64,000 nucleotides of DNA from an uncultured Acidobacteriota bacterium (lineage in GTDB: Bacteria; Acidobacteriota; Thermoanaerobaculia; Gp7-AA8): NCBI GenBank assembly GCA_963822445.1, contig CAWGHO010000003.1, positions 352,001 to 416,000 of the forward strand, written 5' to 3'. Shown in pieces: positions 9,069 through 18,819 of this stretch (the first letter of the stretch is position 1; every line of letters begins with the position of its first letter). The notes below the pieces were generated by a model. The model worked only from the letters and a program-made list of their open reading frames with translations, was not told where the DNA came from and made no database searches. Made by a program: the position numbers and the translations under genes.

Positions 9069-11101
9069 AAGCCCTGCGCGTAGTCGACGCCGAGGCCGCG
9101 CATCCGCCTGGCCTGCTCCTCGATCTCCAGCCCTTCGACGGTGACGGCCATGCCCAGCACGCGCGCCAGGCCGGAGATGGTCCGCACGATCTCGTTCCCT
9201 CGAACGGCATCGGCATCGAGCAGGAAGGAGCGATCGATCTTCAGCATGTCGAACGGAAACTCCCGCAAGGAGCTCAGCGACGAATAGCCCGTACCGAAGT
9301 CGTCGAGACTCAGCTTCACGTTGAGCGCGCACAACCTCCGCAACAGTTGCGCGGCGGCATCAGCATTGTCGATGAGCAGGCTCTCCGTGACCTCGAGATG
9401 CAACCGCTCCGGCGCCACGCCCGATGCGTTGACGATCTCTTCGACGCGCTCGACGAAATTCGGCTGCAGCAGCTGGCGCGGCGACAGGTTGACGTGCAGG
9501 TCGATCGCGTGGCCGGTGAGTCCCGCGTCATCCCATTCCTTCATCTGCCGCAGCGACTCGCTCAGCACCCACTCCCCGATCGGCACGATCAGCCCCGTCT
9601 CCTCGGCGATATTGATGATGGCATCGGCCTGCACGAGTTGATCGCCGCGCTGCCAGCGCACCAGCGCCTCGAAGCCGACCAGCATCGAGTCGCGCATGGC
9701 AACGATGGGCTGGTAGAAGACGCGCAGTTCCTCGCGCTCGATGGCGCGGCGCAAGTCGGTCTCGAACTGGAGCAGTTCCACGGTCCGCTCGTGCATCGCC
9801 GTGTCGAAGACCTCATGCCTGGCCTTGCCGCGCTCTTTCGCGCGATACATGGCGATGTCGGCATCGCGCAGCGCGTCCTGCGGATTGCGGTAGCCCGTGG
9901 TGCTCACGGCGATGCCGATGCTGACGGTGGTGAAGACCTCATGGCCGCCGAGTTGAAAGGGCTCGACGAGCGCTTCCTGGATGCGCCGCGCGGTCCGCAC
10001 CGCTTCGGCCGCCTGATCGAGGCAGTCGATGAGGATCGCGAACTCGTCACCGCCGAGGCGGGCGATGGTGTCGCTGGAGCGGAGCGTGTCGGACAGCCGG
10101 CGGGCGACGGCGATGAGCAGGTCGTCGCCGAGGGTGTGGCCGAGGCTGTCGTTGACGACTTTGAAGCGATCGAGGTCGAGGAAGAGCACGGCGAAAACGC
10201 TGTCCGGGCGGCGGCGATGCGTTTCCATCGCCCGTTGCAGCCGATCCATGAACAGCGCGCGATTCGGAAGCTGGGTGAGGGCGTCGTGAAAGGCGTCGTG
10301 GGTGAGCCGCTCGACGGCGACCTTCCGTTCGGTGACGTCGGTCTGGGATCCGGCGATGCGCGTGGCACTGCCGCTCGCGTCGCGAACCGCCAGTCCGCGG
10401 CTGAGCATCCAGCGGTACGAGCCGTCCTTCGTGCGCATGCGGTGCTCGTTCTCGAAATGCGGGGTCAGCCCGCGCACGTGACGATCCATCTCGCTGCGCA
10501 GAATCACCACGTCATCGGGATGAATGCGCGACCACCACTCATCCGGCGCGTCGCCGACCTCATCCTCGGCATGACCGAGCATCTCCTTCCAGCGAGGGGA
10601 GAGGTAGATCTCGTTCGCGCGCAGGTCCCACACCCACAGCCCGTCGTTCGCGCCGCGCGCGGAGAGCGCGTAACGCTCTTCACTTTCGCGCAAGGCCTGG
10701 AGCGTGCGGCTTTGCTCGAGCGCGTAACGGATCGAGCGCTCGAGCAGGCGCGCGTCGATCTGCCCCTTCACGAGGTAATCCGCGGCCCCTTCCTTCATCG
10801 CGGCGAGATCGATGTCGCCGTCGCCCTGGCCGGTGAGGAGGATCAGCGGCGCGGAAACGCCCGCCTTTCGCGCGTGGCGCAGGACTTCCAGGCCGTCGTG
10901 CTCGCCGAGACGGAAGTCGACGAGAAAGAGATCGTGTCCGTCGCGGGCGATGGCCGGCAGCGCTTCTTCGAATGACGAGACCCATTCGAGCTCGAACTTC
11001 GTGCGGCGGCTGTCGGCAAGGAGATCGCGAGTGAGAACGAAATCGTCCTCATCGTCCTCGACGAGCAGGATCCGTACGGCGCGCGTGTCCAGATCAGTCA
11101 A
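8933..11101 (-). CDS. REC-PAS-GGDEF-EAL diguanylate cyclase/phosphodiesterase
   Basis: Receiver LLVEDD, PAS, intact GGDEF, EAL and DDFGTGYSSL motifs. Confidence 0.95.
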   Translation of the reverse strand: MTDLDTRAVRILLVEDDEDDFVLTRDLLADSRRTKFELEWVSSFEEALPAIARDGHDLFLVDFRLGEHDGLEVLRHARKAGVSAPLILLTGQGDGDIDLAAMKEGAADYLVKGQIDARLLERSIRYALEQSRTLQALRESEERYALSARGANDGLWVWDLRANEIYLSPRWKEMLGHAEDEVGDAPDEWWSRIHPDDVVILRSEMDRHVRGLTPHFENEHRMRTKDGSYRWMLSRGLAVRDASGSATRIAGSQTDVTERKVAVERLTHDAFHDALTQLPNRALFMDRLQRAMETHRRRPDSVFAVLFLDLDRFKVVNDSLGHTLGDDLLIAVARRLSDTLRSSDTIARLGGDEFAILIDCLDQAAEAVRTARRIQEALVEPFQLGGHEVFTTVSIGIAVSTTGYRNPQDALRDADIAMYRAKERGKARHEVFDTAMHERTVELLQFETDLRRAIEREELRVFYQPIVAMRDSMLVGFEALVRWQRGDQLVQADAIINIAEETGLIVPIGEWVLSESLRQMKEWDDAGLTGHAIDLHVNLSPRQLLQPNFVERVEEIVNASGVAPERLHLEVTESLLIDNADAAAQLLRRLCALNVKLSLDDFGTGYSSLSSLREFPFDMLKIDRSFLLDADAVRGNEIVRTISGLARVLGMAVTVEGLEIEEQARRMRGLGVDYAQGFYFARPLPPDAAAMLLEKSLTSEAVVANPVTSLNASSPKIGQSKN

Positions 11102-11552
11102 TGTTGTTGGGTGGGAGCTCCACGATCTCGATCCAGTAGCGCCCGATCTCGCGCATCACTGCGACCAGCCCTTCGAAGCTGACCGGCTTGGTGATGAACG
11201 AGTTCGCGCCGAGATCGTACGTGCGGTAGATGTCTTCTTCTGCCTTCGACGTGGTGAGCACGACGATGGGGATGCGACGGAGGTCGGGATCGTTCTTGAT
11301 TTCGCGCAGCGCCTCGCGGCCGTCTTTGCGAGGCATGTTGAGATCGAGCAGGATCAGGCCGGGCGCCGGCGACGAGCCGGCATCGGCGTAGCGGCCGCGG
11401 TGATAGAGGTAGTCGAGCAGCTCGTCACCGTCCTCGACGAAGCGGAGATCGTTGACCACGCGGCTCTCCGCCAGCGCGTCGGCGGCGAGCATGCGATCTT
11501 CCTCGTCGTCGTCTGCGAGAAGAATGATGATTGGCTTTCCTGGATCGATCAT
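11094..11552 (-). CDS. Single-domain response regulator (Rcp1/CheY-like)
   Basis: LLADDD, LLDLNMPRKDGRE, VLTTS and GANSFITKP motifs. Confidence 0.93.
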   Translation of the reverse strand: MIDPGKPIIILLADDDEEDRMLAADALAESRVVNDLRFVEDGDELLDYLYHRGRYADAGSSPAPGLILLDLNMPRKDGREALREIKNDPDLRRIPIVVLTTSKAEEDIYRTYDLGANSFITKPVSFEGLVAVMREIGRYWIEIVELPPNNID

Positions 11553-13387
11553 GAATGGTCCGGAAGCGTCACGATGAACACGGAGCCCTCCCCTGGTGTG
11601 CTGTACGCGACGATCTCTCCCCCGTGGCGTTCCGCTATTTTGCGACAGATCGCCAGTCCAATGCCCGTCCCATCGTATTTTCCGCGTGCGTGCAGCCGCT
11701 CGAACATCGTGAAAATGCGGTCGGCGTACTTGTCCTCGAAGCCGATTCCGTTATCGGTGACGGTGATGGTCCGGGTGCCGCGGTCATCGCGCTGGCTCTC
11801 GATCTCCACGACCGGCGGGATGCCGGGGCGATGGAACTTCAGCGCGTTCGAGATCAGGTTCTGCAGCAGTTGGCGCATCTGCAGCGGATCGGCGGAGATG
11901 GTCGGCAGGTTGCGAATGACGATCTTTCCGTTGACGTCGTGAGCGCGCGTTTCCAGGTCTTTCGCCACCTCGTGGGCGATCTGGTTCAAATCGACCGGAA
12001 CGAACGGCTGGGCTTTGGTCGTGACGCGGGAGAAGGTGAGGAGGTCGTTGATCAGCACCTGCATCCGCTTCGCCGCGGACTGCATGCGCTCGATGTAGTC
12101 GCGGGCCTGGGCGTCGAGCTCGGCGGCGTGCTTCGACTTGAGCAGGTCCCCGAACGCCTGGATTTTTCGCAGTGGCTCCTGCAGATCGTGCGAGGCGACG
12201 TAGGCGAAGTCCTCGAGCTCGCGGTTGCTCTGCTCGAGGCGTTTCATGGTCAGGCGCAGCTCTTCGTCGGCGCGTTTGCGCTCGCGGATGTCGCGGGCGA
12301 TGACCACCGCGCCCTGCTGCACGTCGTGCTCGCTGACCGGCGAAATGGAGACGCTCACGTCGATGCCGTGGCCTTCCTTGTGATGCAGGCGGCGCTCGGA
12401 ATCGCGAATGGGACCGCGCTGGGAAAGCTCGCGCAGGGTCCGGGAGATCGTCACTTCCTTGTCGACCTCCTCGAGAGCGTCGATGGAGCGGCCGAGGAGG
12501 TCGTGCTCGCCGTAGCCGAGGAGGGTGCGGACCGCGCCGTTGATCACGCGGATGCGGCCGTCGGCGTCGATCACGAACAGCGCGTCAGCCATCGTCTCCA
12601 GAATCTCGCGCGACGCGCGCGCCGCGGTGATGGAAGTGAAGCGATGCCGCCGGATCGTGCCCCAGGCCACGGCGATGAACGCGATCACGGGGACGTAGCC
12701 GATGGGCCGGGTCTCGAAGCCGAACATCGGCAGGAAGTCGTGCACCGCGAAGTAGACGACCATGAACGCGGCGAGAAGGCGGCCGATGCGGCGGCGGCGC
12801 GCTGGATCCCTGGTGCGCCGGTATTCGAGAAATCCCTCGATCAGCTGGCCGATCAGCGCGGCGAAAAAGAACAGCAGGAAGGGAATCGCAGCCGGTCCGG
12901 CAGTCGGATAGAAGCCCCAGGAATGGCTGGTCACGTTCTTCGCGAGCGCGGGAGTGAAGGCGGCGACGATCGCGAACGCGGTGGCCACGACCCAGACGGC
13001 GAGGATCACTTTCTTGCGCGAGGAGTAGAGCCGCAACGCGGTCGCGGTGAAGTCGTAAATCGCCGCGGGCAGAAAACAGACCGCGGCGAGAGCGATGCGT
13101 CCCCAGACCACGGCCATCGAAGGCGCGCTCGAAAGGAACATCGCGGCGAAGCCGGTGAACCAGATCGCGACCAGCACGATCATCAGGCAGAAGAGCACTG
13201 CCACGCGGGACGCGCGTTGTCGCCTGAAGATGATGGCCGCAAGGGTGAACAGCGCTGCGCCGACGATCGCCCAGGGCAATGCGTGTAGGTTCCAGCGGTA
13301 GAGCAAGTGGTGGCTATGATCGCATGGGGCTACACTCGTCCACGTCCTGCTGACAATGGAGGGATCGAATGGCCCGAAAGATCGCAA
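11549..13387 (-). CDS. Sensor histidine kinase: N-terminal 7TM domain, PAS, HisKA, HATPase (true start probably near 13310)
   Basis: Multiple hydrophobic helices; FAYVASHDLQEPLRKI, NLISNALKF, DNGIG and GTGIGLAIC. Confidence 0.92.
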   Translation of the reverse strand: MRSFGPFDPSIVSRTWTSVAPCDHSHHLLYRWNLHALPWAIVGAALFTLAAIIFRRQRASRVAVLFCLMIVLVAIWFTGFAAMFLSSAPSMAVVWGRIALAAVCFLPAAIYDFTATALRLYSSRKKVILAVWVVATAFAIVAAFTPALAKNVTSHSWGFYPTAGPAAIPFLLFFFAALIGQLIEGFLEYRRTRDPARRRRIGRLLAAFMVVYFAVHDFLPMFGFETRPIGYVPVIAFIAVAWGTIRRHRFTSITAARASREILETMADALFVIDADGRIRVINGAVRTLLGYGEHDLLGRSIDALEEVDKEVTISRTLRELSQRGPIRDSERRLHHKEGHGIDVSVSISPVSEHDVQQGAVVIARDIRERKRADEELRLTMKRLEQSNRELEDFAYVASHDLQEPLRKIQAFGDLLKSKHAAELDAQARDYIERMQSAAKRMQVLINDLLTFSRVTTKAQPFVPVDLNQIAHEVAKDLETRAHDVNGKIVIRNLPTISADPLQMRQLLQNLISNALKFHRPGIPPVVEIESQRDDRGTRTITVTDNGIGFEDKYADRIFTMFERLHARGKYDGTGIGLAICRKIAERHGGEIVAYSTPGEGSVFIVTLPDHS

Positions 13388-13689
13388 CCCTGGTCGTGTT
13401 TTGTCTGGTGCTCGCCGCTCCCGCCGCGATGGCCGCGGAGTGGACGGGCTGGATCACCGACGAGCATTGCGGCGCGAAAGGCGCGAAGGCGGAGCATCAG
13501 AGCTGCGCCATTCGCTGCGCGGATCGCGGTGCGGCGCTGGTCTTCTACAACCTCGCCGACGAGAAGGTCTACAAGATCGATGACCAGGCCGCGGCGAAGA
13601 AGCACCTCGGCCACAAGGTCAAGGTCACGGGAACGATGGACGAGGCCACGATCAAGGTCGAAGCCATCGACGAAGTTCCGGCCGAGTGA
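13369..13689 (+). CDS. Small secreted Cys-containing hypothetical protein (OB-fold-like)
   Basis: Signal peptide; WTGWITDEHCG...CAIRC...VKVTG; GGAGGG RBS. Confidence 0.7.
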   Translation: MARKIATLVVFCLVLAAPAAMAAEWTGWITDEHCGAKGAKAEHQSCAIRCADRGAALVFYNLADEKVYKIDDQAAAKKHLGHKVKVTGTMDEATIKVEAIDEVPAE

Positions 13690-14396
13690 AGGCTCTGTCC
13701 CGCGCGGCGGCGCTGCTGCTGTTGATCGCGTGCCGGAACGAAGGTGTATCGACGGCTACTACCGCGACGGCAACGCCGCCCGCGCCGGCATCGGACATCG
13801 TCACCTGTGCGCCGGCGGCGCATCGCCTCTGTCCCGTCGATGAGGGAACCAGCGACGCCTCCTTCGTGGCATTTCGCGATGCGTTGAGCGATGCGGTCAG
13901 CCGCAAGGACGAGACGGCGCTGCTCGCGCTGATCGATCCCGCCATTCGAACGAGTTTCGGTGGCGGCAGTGGATTGGAAGACTTCCGGAACCAATGGAGG
14001 TCTTCTTCAGCGGACAGCAAGCTCTGGGCGGAGCTCTCGGAGGTTCTCAATCTCGGCGGAACGTTCCGCGGGGAAGGGACGGACCGTTCGTTCTGGGCGC
14101 CTTACGTTTACGCGGCCTGGCCCGATTCGATCGACGCGTTTCAGCACGTCGCGGCGACACGCGCGAACGTCCCCATCCGGCGTGAGCCGGCACAACAGGC
14201 GGAGATCGTGGCAACGGTCGATTGGGAGATCCTCGCCGCGAGCGAGCGTGCGAGCGGTTGGATTCAGGTGAAGACGAGCGACGGCAAACAAGGCTGGGTC
14301 CAGGAATCCGATGTGCGTAGCCCCGTCGGCTATCGCGCCGGATTCTCGAAGCGAAGCGGTGCCTGGAAGATGGAAGCGCTGGTCGCCGGCGACTGA
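13686..14396 (+). CDS. Lipoprotein with C-terminal SH3-like domain
   Basis: Lipobox LIAC; SH3b-like GWIQVKTSDGKQGWV; start overlaps the upstream stop. Confidence 0.75.
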   Translation: MKALSRAAALLLLIACRNEGVSTATTATATPPAPASDIVTCAPAAHRLCPVDEGTSDASFVAFRDALSDAVSRKDETALLALIDPAIRTSFGGGSGLEDFRNQWRSSSADSKLWAELSEVLNLGGTFRGEGTDRSFWAPYVYAAWPDSIDAFQHVAATRANVPIRREPAQQAEIVATVDWEILAASERASGWIQVKTSDGKQGWVQESDVRSPVGYRAGFSKRSGAWKMEALVAGD

Positions 14397-14399
14397 GTC

Positions 14400-15032
14400 G
14401 TGAGAACGAAAGCGGAACCGGTCACTGTGTTTGTTTCGGCGGCCCTGATCCTGGTCGCCGTTGCAGTTTCATGGCGCGCTTCCGACTTTCGATCTGCCGT
14501 CTCGCTCGATGAGCTGGCGCTCCTCGGAATCCCGATCACGATGGCAGCGCTGGTGGCTTTCGGCATTCGCGTCGCCGACGGCAAGCTCGCGCACATCTCC
14601 AGTGTGCGTCCGGACACCGGGCATGCGTTTCAGGTTCCGGAGCTGGCGCAGGCGGCGGTGGTCGCGTTCATTGGTTCGCTCTTTTCGGGCACGGCCTACG
14701 TCGCCGCGGCAGTCCTGGATCTGCCACCTTCGTATCGCTGGATCCCGCCTGTGCTTCTCGCCGGTCCGGAGCTGGTGGTCATGTACTACTTCGCGCGCCG
14801 GCTCATCGACATCGACATGCTCCGTCCCGACGTACGTCCCTGGTTTCTGACCGCAATGCTCACCCTCGGCTCGGCAGGCATGGCCACGGCGAAGTTCTTC
14901 ACCTCGCAGCCCGTGAAGAGTGGCCAGAACGAAGGCACTTCGGCGATGACGATTCCCTTGATCATCCTCGCGGTCTTTGCCTGGATCGGCATGAGCTGGA
15001 AACGCTCGAACCATGAACATCCGACCAGTTGA
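14400..15032 (+). CDS. Hypothetical multi-pass membrane protein
   Basis: About 6 hydrophobic segments; lies in an operon context. Confidence 0.6.
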   Translation: MRTKAEPVTVFVSAALILVAVAVSWRASDFRSAVSLDELALLGIPITMAALVAFGIRVADGKLAHISSVRPDTGHAFQVPELAQAAVVAFIGSLFSGTAYVAAAVLDLPPSYRWIPPVLLAGPELVVMYYFARRLIDIDMLRPDVRPWFLTAMLTLGSAGMATAKFFTSQPVKSGQNEGTSAMTIPLIILAVFAWIGMSWKRSNHEHPTS

Positions 15033-15450
15033 TAAGGCCGACGCCGCGGAATGGCTCCGCATGCGGACCACGCTCTGGCCGGGCGATCACACGTCCGAGA
15101 TCGAAGAGTTTTTTCGCTCCGGTGGCTCGCCATTGCTGGCCGCGGTATTGGTCGCCGAGCGATCGCCGTCGGGCCTCTGTGGATTCCTCGAGATCGGACT
15201 CCGAGGGTATGCGGAAGGATGCGAGTCGTCGCCGGTTCCCTTCATCGAAGGCTGGTATGTGGACGAGGACGTGCGCGGCACCGGCATCGGTGCGCGACTC
15301 GTTCGCGCGGCGGAGGATTGGGCGCGCGAACGCGGATACAGCGAGATCGCCAGCGATGTCGAGATCGACAACGAGGGCAGTCTCGCCGCCCACCGCGCCC
15401 TCGGCTACGAAGAGGTCACGCGGATCGTTTGCTTCCGTCGCGCGCTGTAA
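15013..15450 (+). CDS. AAC(6')-I-like GNAT acetyltransferase
   Basis: WLRMRTTLWP, GFLEIGLRGYAEGCESSPVPFIEGWYV and EIASD...NEGSLAAHRALGYEE match the AAC(6')-I family pattern. Confidence 0.85.
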   Translation: MNIRPVDKADAAEWLRMRTTLWPGDHTSEIEEFFRSGGSPLLAAVLVAERSPSGLCGFLEIGLRGYAEGCESSPVPFIEGWYVDEDVRGTGIGARLVRAAEDWARERGYSEIASDVEIDNEGSLAAHRALGYEEVTRIVCFRRAL

Positions 15451-15463
15451 GACGCTCCTCGCT

Positions 15464-15538
15464 CTACGCGTTCTCTTCGCTCCGCGCGAACACGACGAAC
15501 AGCATCAGAAAAAGGCCGATCAGGCCGAAGACTTCCAT
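15464..15538 (-). CDS. Putative 24-aa single-TM small protein
   Basis: MEVFGLIGLFLMLFVVFARSEENA*, with a strong GAGGGAGG SD directly after the glycosyltransferase stop. Confidence 0.55.
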   Translation of the reverse strand: MEVFGLIGLFLMLFVVFARSEENA

Positions 15539-15550
15539 GGGTCCTCCCTC

Positions 15551-16846
15551 CTACGCGCTCCGCGCGAGCTCGTCGCCGTTGCCGGCCAGCTCTTCGAGCA
15601 ACTCGGCGCCGGTCGTCGCTGCGTCGAGGCCCGCCATCTCGTAACGAATGGCCTCGGCGCGCGCGGCGTACGTAGGAGTACTGATTACGCGGCGAACCGC
15701 GTTACGGATTTGCTTTTCCGTGGGAACGAGCACTTTCAATCCGATCCCCACACCGGACCATTGGATGCGATTGGCGATCTCCGGTTTCTCCTCGGTCTTC
15801 CCGATGGCCACGACCGGTACTCCATGGGCCAGCGCGATCTGAATCGAGCCGTAACCGCCATTGGTGAGCAGCAGATCGACCTTCGGCATCAGGTGGGCGT
15901 AAGGGATGAATCGTTCCACGCGGACATTCGCCGGCAGAGGATCGCTTTCCACTTCGCTCGCCGGACGGCTTCCCGTTGTTACGACGACCAGCACGTCTTC
16001 GTTTGCCAGTGCGCGGATCGCGGGCCGGATCAGCTGGTCATAGTCATTGTTGATGGTGCCCTGCGTTACCAGTACGACCGGCCGTCCCGAGAGGTCGCCC
16101 CACCAGGACGGTGGCGTCCAATGCAGCGACGGAGGCGGAACCGAGGCGCCGATGAACCGGACCTGGTGGGGCATGTCCGTCCGCGGATATTCGAATGACG
16201 GCACGCTGCCCTGTAAATAGAGGTCGCTCCGCCGCGTGAATGAAAACAGGCTGCCGTTCGAACGGGCCATGCCCAGCTCGCGGCGGATGCGGCGGTAACG
16301 CTTCATCGCGCCGCGGAAAATCACGTTGTCGACCAGCCAGTACAGGGCGCGATTGCGCAGGCGTCCGAAGTACGTGGAGCTCGGCATGAGGGCGAGTCCG
16401 AAGGGCGCCGTGTCGATGCTCGGAATCGACAGCGGATTGATTCCATAGACCGCCCACGGCGTTCCCTTGCGCTCGCTCACCAGACCCGCGACGGCGAACG
16501 CGTTGTCGCTCACGAGTACGTCCGCGGGCTCTTTCGCCAGCTCGTGCTCGAGGTCGAGCAGCGCGCCCGGAACGATGTTCACGAAGATGTGCTCGATGTC
16601 GAACTGAAGCTGGGCGATGCCGCCGGAGGGGCGGCCGGGAAACTGCTCCGGCAGCCACTCCTCATCGATCGCCGTCGCGGCGCGAAAGGGAACCCAGCGC
16701 GCGCCGACGGCCTCGATGGCCCGCCGGAAACGCGGCGTCGAGTACCAGCGGACGTCGTGACCGCGCGCGACGAGCTCGCGCGCGATCGGAAGTCCCGGGT
16801 TGACGTGGCCGCTCACCGGGAAGACGGCGAAGAGATAGCGGGTCAT
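15551..16846 (-). CDS. GT1 family NDP-glycosyltransferase (OleD/YjiC-like)
   Basis: GHVNPGLPIARELVARGHDV, VTQGT, FIPYAHLMP and TNGGYGS motifs. Confidence 0.9.
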   Translation of the reverse strand: MTRYLFAVFPVSGHVNPGLPIARELVARGHDVRWYSTPRFRRAIEAVGARWVPFRAATAIDEEWLPEQFPGRPSGGIAQLQFDIEHIFVNIVPGALLDLEHELAKEPADVLVSDNAFAVAGLVSERKGTPWAVYGINPLSIPSIDTAPFGLALMPSSTYFGRLRNRALYWLVDNVIFRGAMKRYRRIRRELGMARSNGSLFSFTRRSDLYLQGSVPSFEYPRTDMPHQVRFIGASVPPPSLHWTPPSWWGDLSGRPVVLVTQGTINNDYDQLIRPAIRALANEDVLVVVTTGSRPASEVESDPLPANVRVERFIPYAHLMPKVDLLLTNGGYGSIQIALAHGVPVVAIGKTEEKPEIANRIQWSGVGIGLKVLVPTEKQIRNAVRRVISTPTYAARAEAIRYEMAGLDAATTGAELLEELAGNGDELARSA

Positions 16847-16856
16847 GCGGATGCTC

Positions 16857-17756
16857 CTAGGCCAGAAGGCGTGCGAACGCGTCGCGTTTCGAATCAGCCC
16901 ACTGCTCGAACGTCTGCATCGCGGGATACAGCGCGCGGCTCTGCTCGACGTCCGCCGCACGCGTCGGGATGAAGCGGCGGTTGAAATCGAACATGTCCGC
17001 GAGATCGTCCGCACCGCGGAATCCGAACGACGCGAAGACTTCGCGGGGGATGTAGTTGTACTGAACGTTCTTGCCGGAAACGCGCGACATGACCGCGGCG
17101 TACTCCTCGCCGCGCAGGTCCTCGCCGACGATGCCCACGGTCTTGCCGATGAACTCCGCCGGCTTGGCGAAAATCGACGCGACCACGCCGCCGATGTCTT
17201 CCGCGGCCACGCCGGCCAGCGGCGTTTCGCCCTGCGGGAAGCCGAAGTGATACGCGCCGTCTTCGCCCTTCTGCGGCGGGAAGAAGCTGAAGAAGTTGTC
17301 GTAGTAGAAGGCGACGTGCACGAAGGTCGAGGGGATGCCCAGGCTCTTCGTGTACTCCTCGAGCGCGTGCTTCTGATCGAAGTGCGGCGAATTCAGCTCG
17401 CCGTTGCTGGGCTTCCTCACCGAGGGGAGGGAGCTGAAGACGAAGTGCTCGACGCTCGCGCCGGCAACGGCGTTGATCAGATTGCGGCCCTGCTCGAGCT
17501 CTTTCTCGAAATGCTCCCAGTAGTTCGTGACGCCGAAGACGCCGTAGACGTCTTTCATCGCCGCGCGCAGCGACGCGCGATCGTCGAGCGTGCCCTGCAC
17601 GACTTCCGCGCCCAGCGCGCGCAGCTTCTGCGCGGATTCCGATTCGGTGTTGCGGGTGAGCGCGCGAACGGCGAACTCACCACGTGACAGCAGGTGCCGC
17701 GCGACACCGCCGCCCTGCGCTCCAGTGGCTCCGACGACGAGAATGATTTTCTTCAT
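16857..17756 (-). CDS. NmrA/HSCARG family protein
   Basis: VVGATGAQGGGV, VRALTR and PHFDQK motifs. Confidence 0.92.
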   Translation of the reverse strand: MKKIILVVGATGAQGGGVARHLLSRGEFAVRALTRNTESESAQKLRALGAEVVQGTLDDRASLRAAMKDVYGVFGVTNYWEHFEKELEQGRNLINAVAGASVEHFVFSSLPSVRKPSNGELNSPHFDQKHALEEYTKSLGIPSTFVHVAFYYDNFFSFFPPQKGEDGAYHFGFPQGETPLAGVAAEDIGGVVASIFAKPAEFIGKTVGIVGEDLRGEEYAAVMSRVSGKNVQYNYIPREVFASFGFRGADDLADMFDFNRRFIPTRAADVEQSRALYPAMQTFEQWADSKRDAFARLLA

Positions 17757-17776
17757 GATGGTTATGGCCTCCGATT

Positions 17777-18805
17777 TCAAGAAAGTGGGACGTAGCCGTT
17801 CTGCTCGACCACGCGAATGCTCGACTCACAGCGAAGCGCCGCGATCTGCGCCTGCGTCAGGTTCTCCACGTAGAACACGCCGAACGCGTAGACGCTCTTC
17901 GCTTCGAAACCGTGCTTGTTCTCGAGCTCTTCAGTCGTGGAGTACGGCTCGACACCGGGTTTGAAGATGATCGAGTAACCGGCGGCGGGCAGCGCGGCGA
18001 GACTCAGCGTTGCGGCGGTGGAGCACTGCGGCTGGACGATGTCGTTCGAGTGGTCGATCTCCGTCGCGACGCCGGTGACGAAATCGGCGTCACCGCTGTC
18101 GCTGCGCACGATCGACGCGTAGGGATAGACGCCGTGCGACGAGCGAACCTGAATCGTCGCACCGTCGAGCGGTCCGGTCTGGAAGTGGCTGAAGACGTCG
18201 TTGAGGCGCAGGACCTGATACGCGCCCACTTCCGTCGAGAAACTGCCGCTGAATTCACCGTCGACGTCGAAAATGCTGATCGTGACGCCGGCCGGTTTGT
18301 CGCCGGGATTAGCGATGCCGACGTTCGTGCGGTTGCCGTCCACGCCGGAGAGTCCGGTGAGGACCGCTTCGCGACTGAGCTTCGTGAACGGCATCGCCGG
18401 CACGGTCTGGCCGTACTGGCCAGGATCGGAGCCGGCGTTGTAGATGCGGGCGCGGGCGGTGATCTTCGCGTCGGGTTCCGACGAGGTGATCAGAAGGAGT
18501 CCGGTCGCCTGCTGTTTGCCGAACGAGGAACTGATGACGTCGGCCATCACTCGCGATTCGCGCGGCCAGAGGTTGGCGATGACCGGGCTGGTGACATAGC
18601 CGTCGACGATCAGAAAGATCTGCACGCTCACCGGCTCGCCCTGTCGCGCGGCGTTCGTCACGACGAGGTCCGTTCTCCACTGCGATCCGTTCACGCCGGG
18701 CGTACGGCCGGTGATCGGGATCAGCAGGTGATGGCCGGCGAAATCGGTGGCCGTCGCCGGCAAGGCGATGAGTGCGAGGACTGCGATCAAGAGAAGTCGT
18801 TTCAT
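17777..18805 (-). CDS. Secreted hypothetical protein (paired beta-sandwich domains plus small C-terminal domain)
   Basis: Signal peptide MKRLLLIAVLALIALPATA. Related halves WRTDLVVTN and RTNVGIAN. The C-terminus resembles a protease inhibitor I9/propeptide fold. Confidence 0.7.
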   Translation of the reverse strand: MKRLLLIAVLALIALPATATDFAGHHLLIPITGRTPGVNGSQWRTDLVVTNAARQGEPVSVQIFLIVDGYVTSPVIANLWPRESRVMADVISSSFGKQQATGLLLITSSEPDAKITARARIYNAGSDPGQYGQTVPAMPFTKLSREAVLTGLSGVDGNRTNVGIANPGDKPAGVTISIFDVDGEFSGSFSTEVGAYQVLRLNDVFSHFQTGPLDGATIQVRSSHGVYPYASIVRSDSGDADFVTGVATEIDHSNDIVQPQCSTAATLSLAALPAAGYSIIFKPGVEPYSTTEELENKHGFEAKSVYAFGVFYVENLTQAQIAALRCESSIRVVEQNGYVPLS

Positions 18806-18819
18806 GGTCGGATCCTTTT

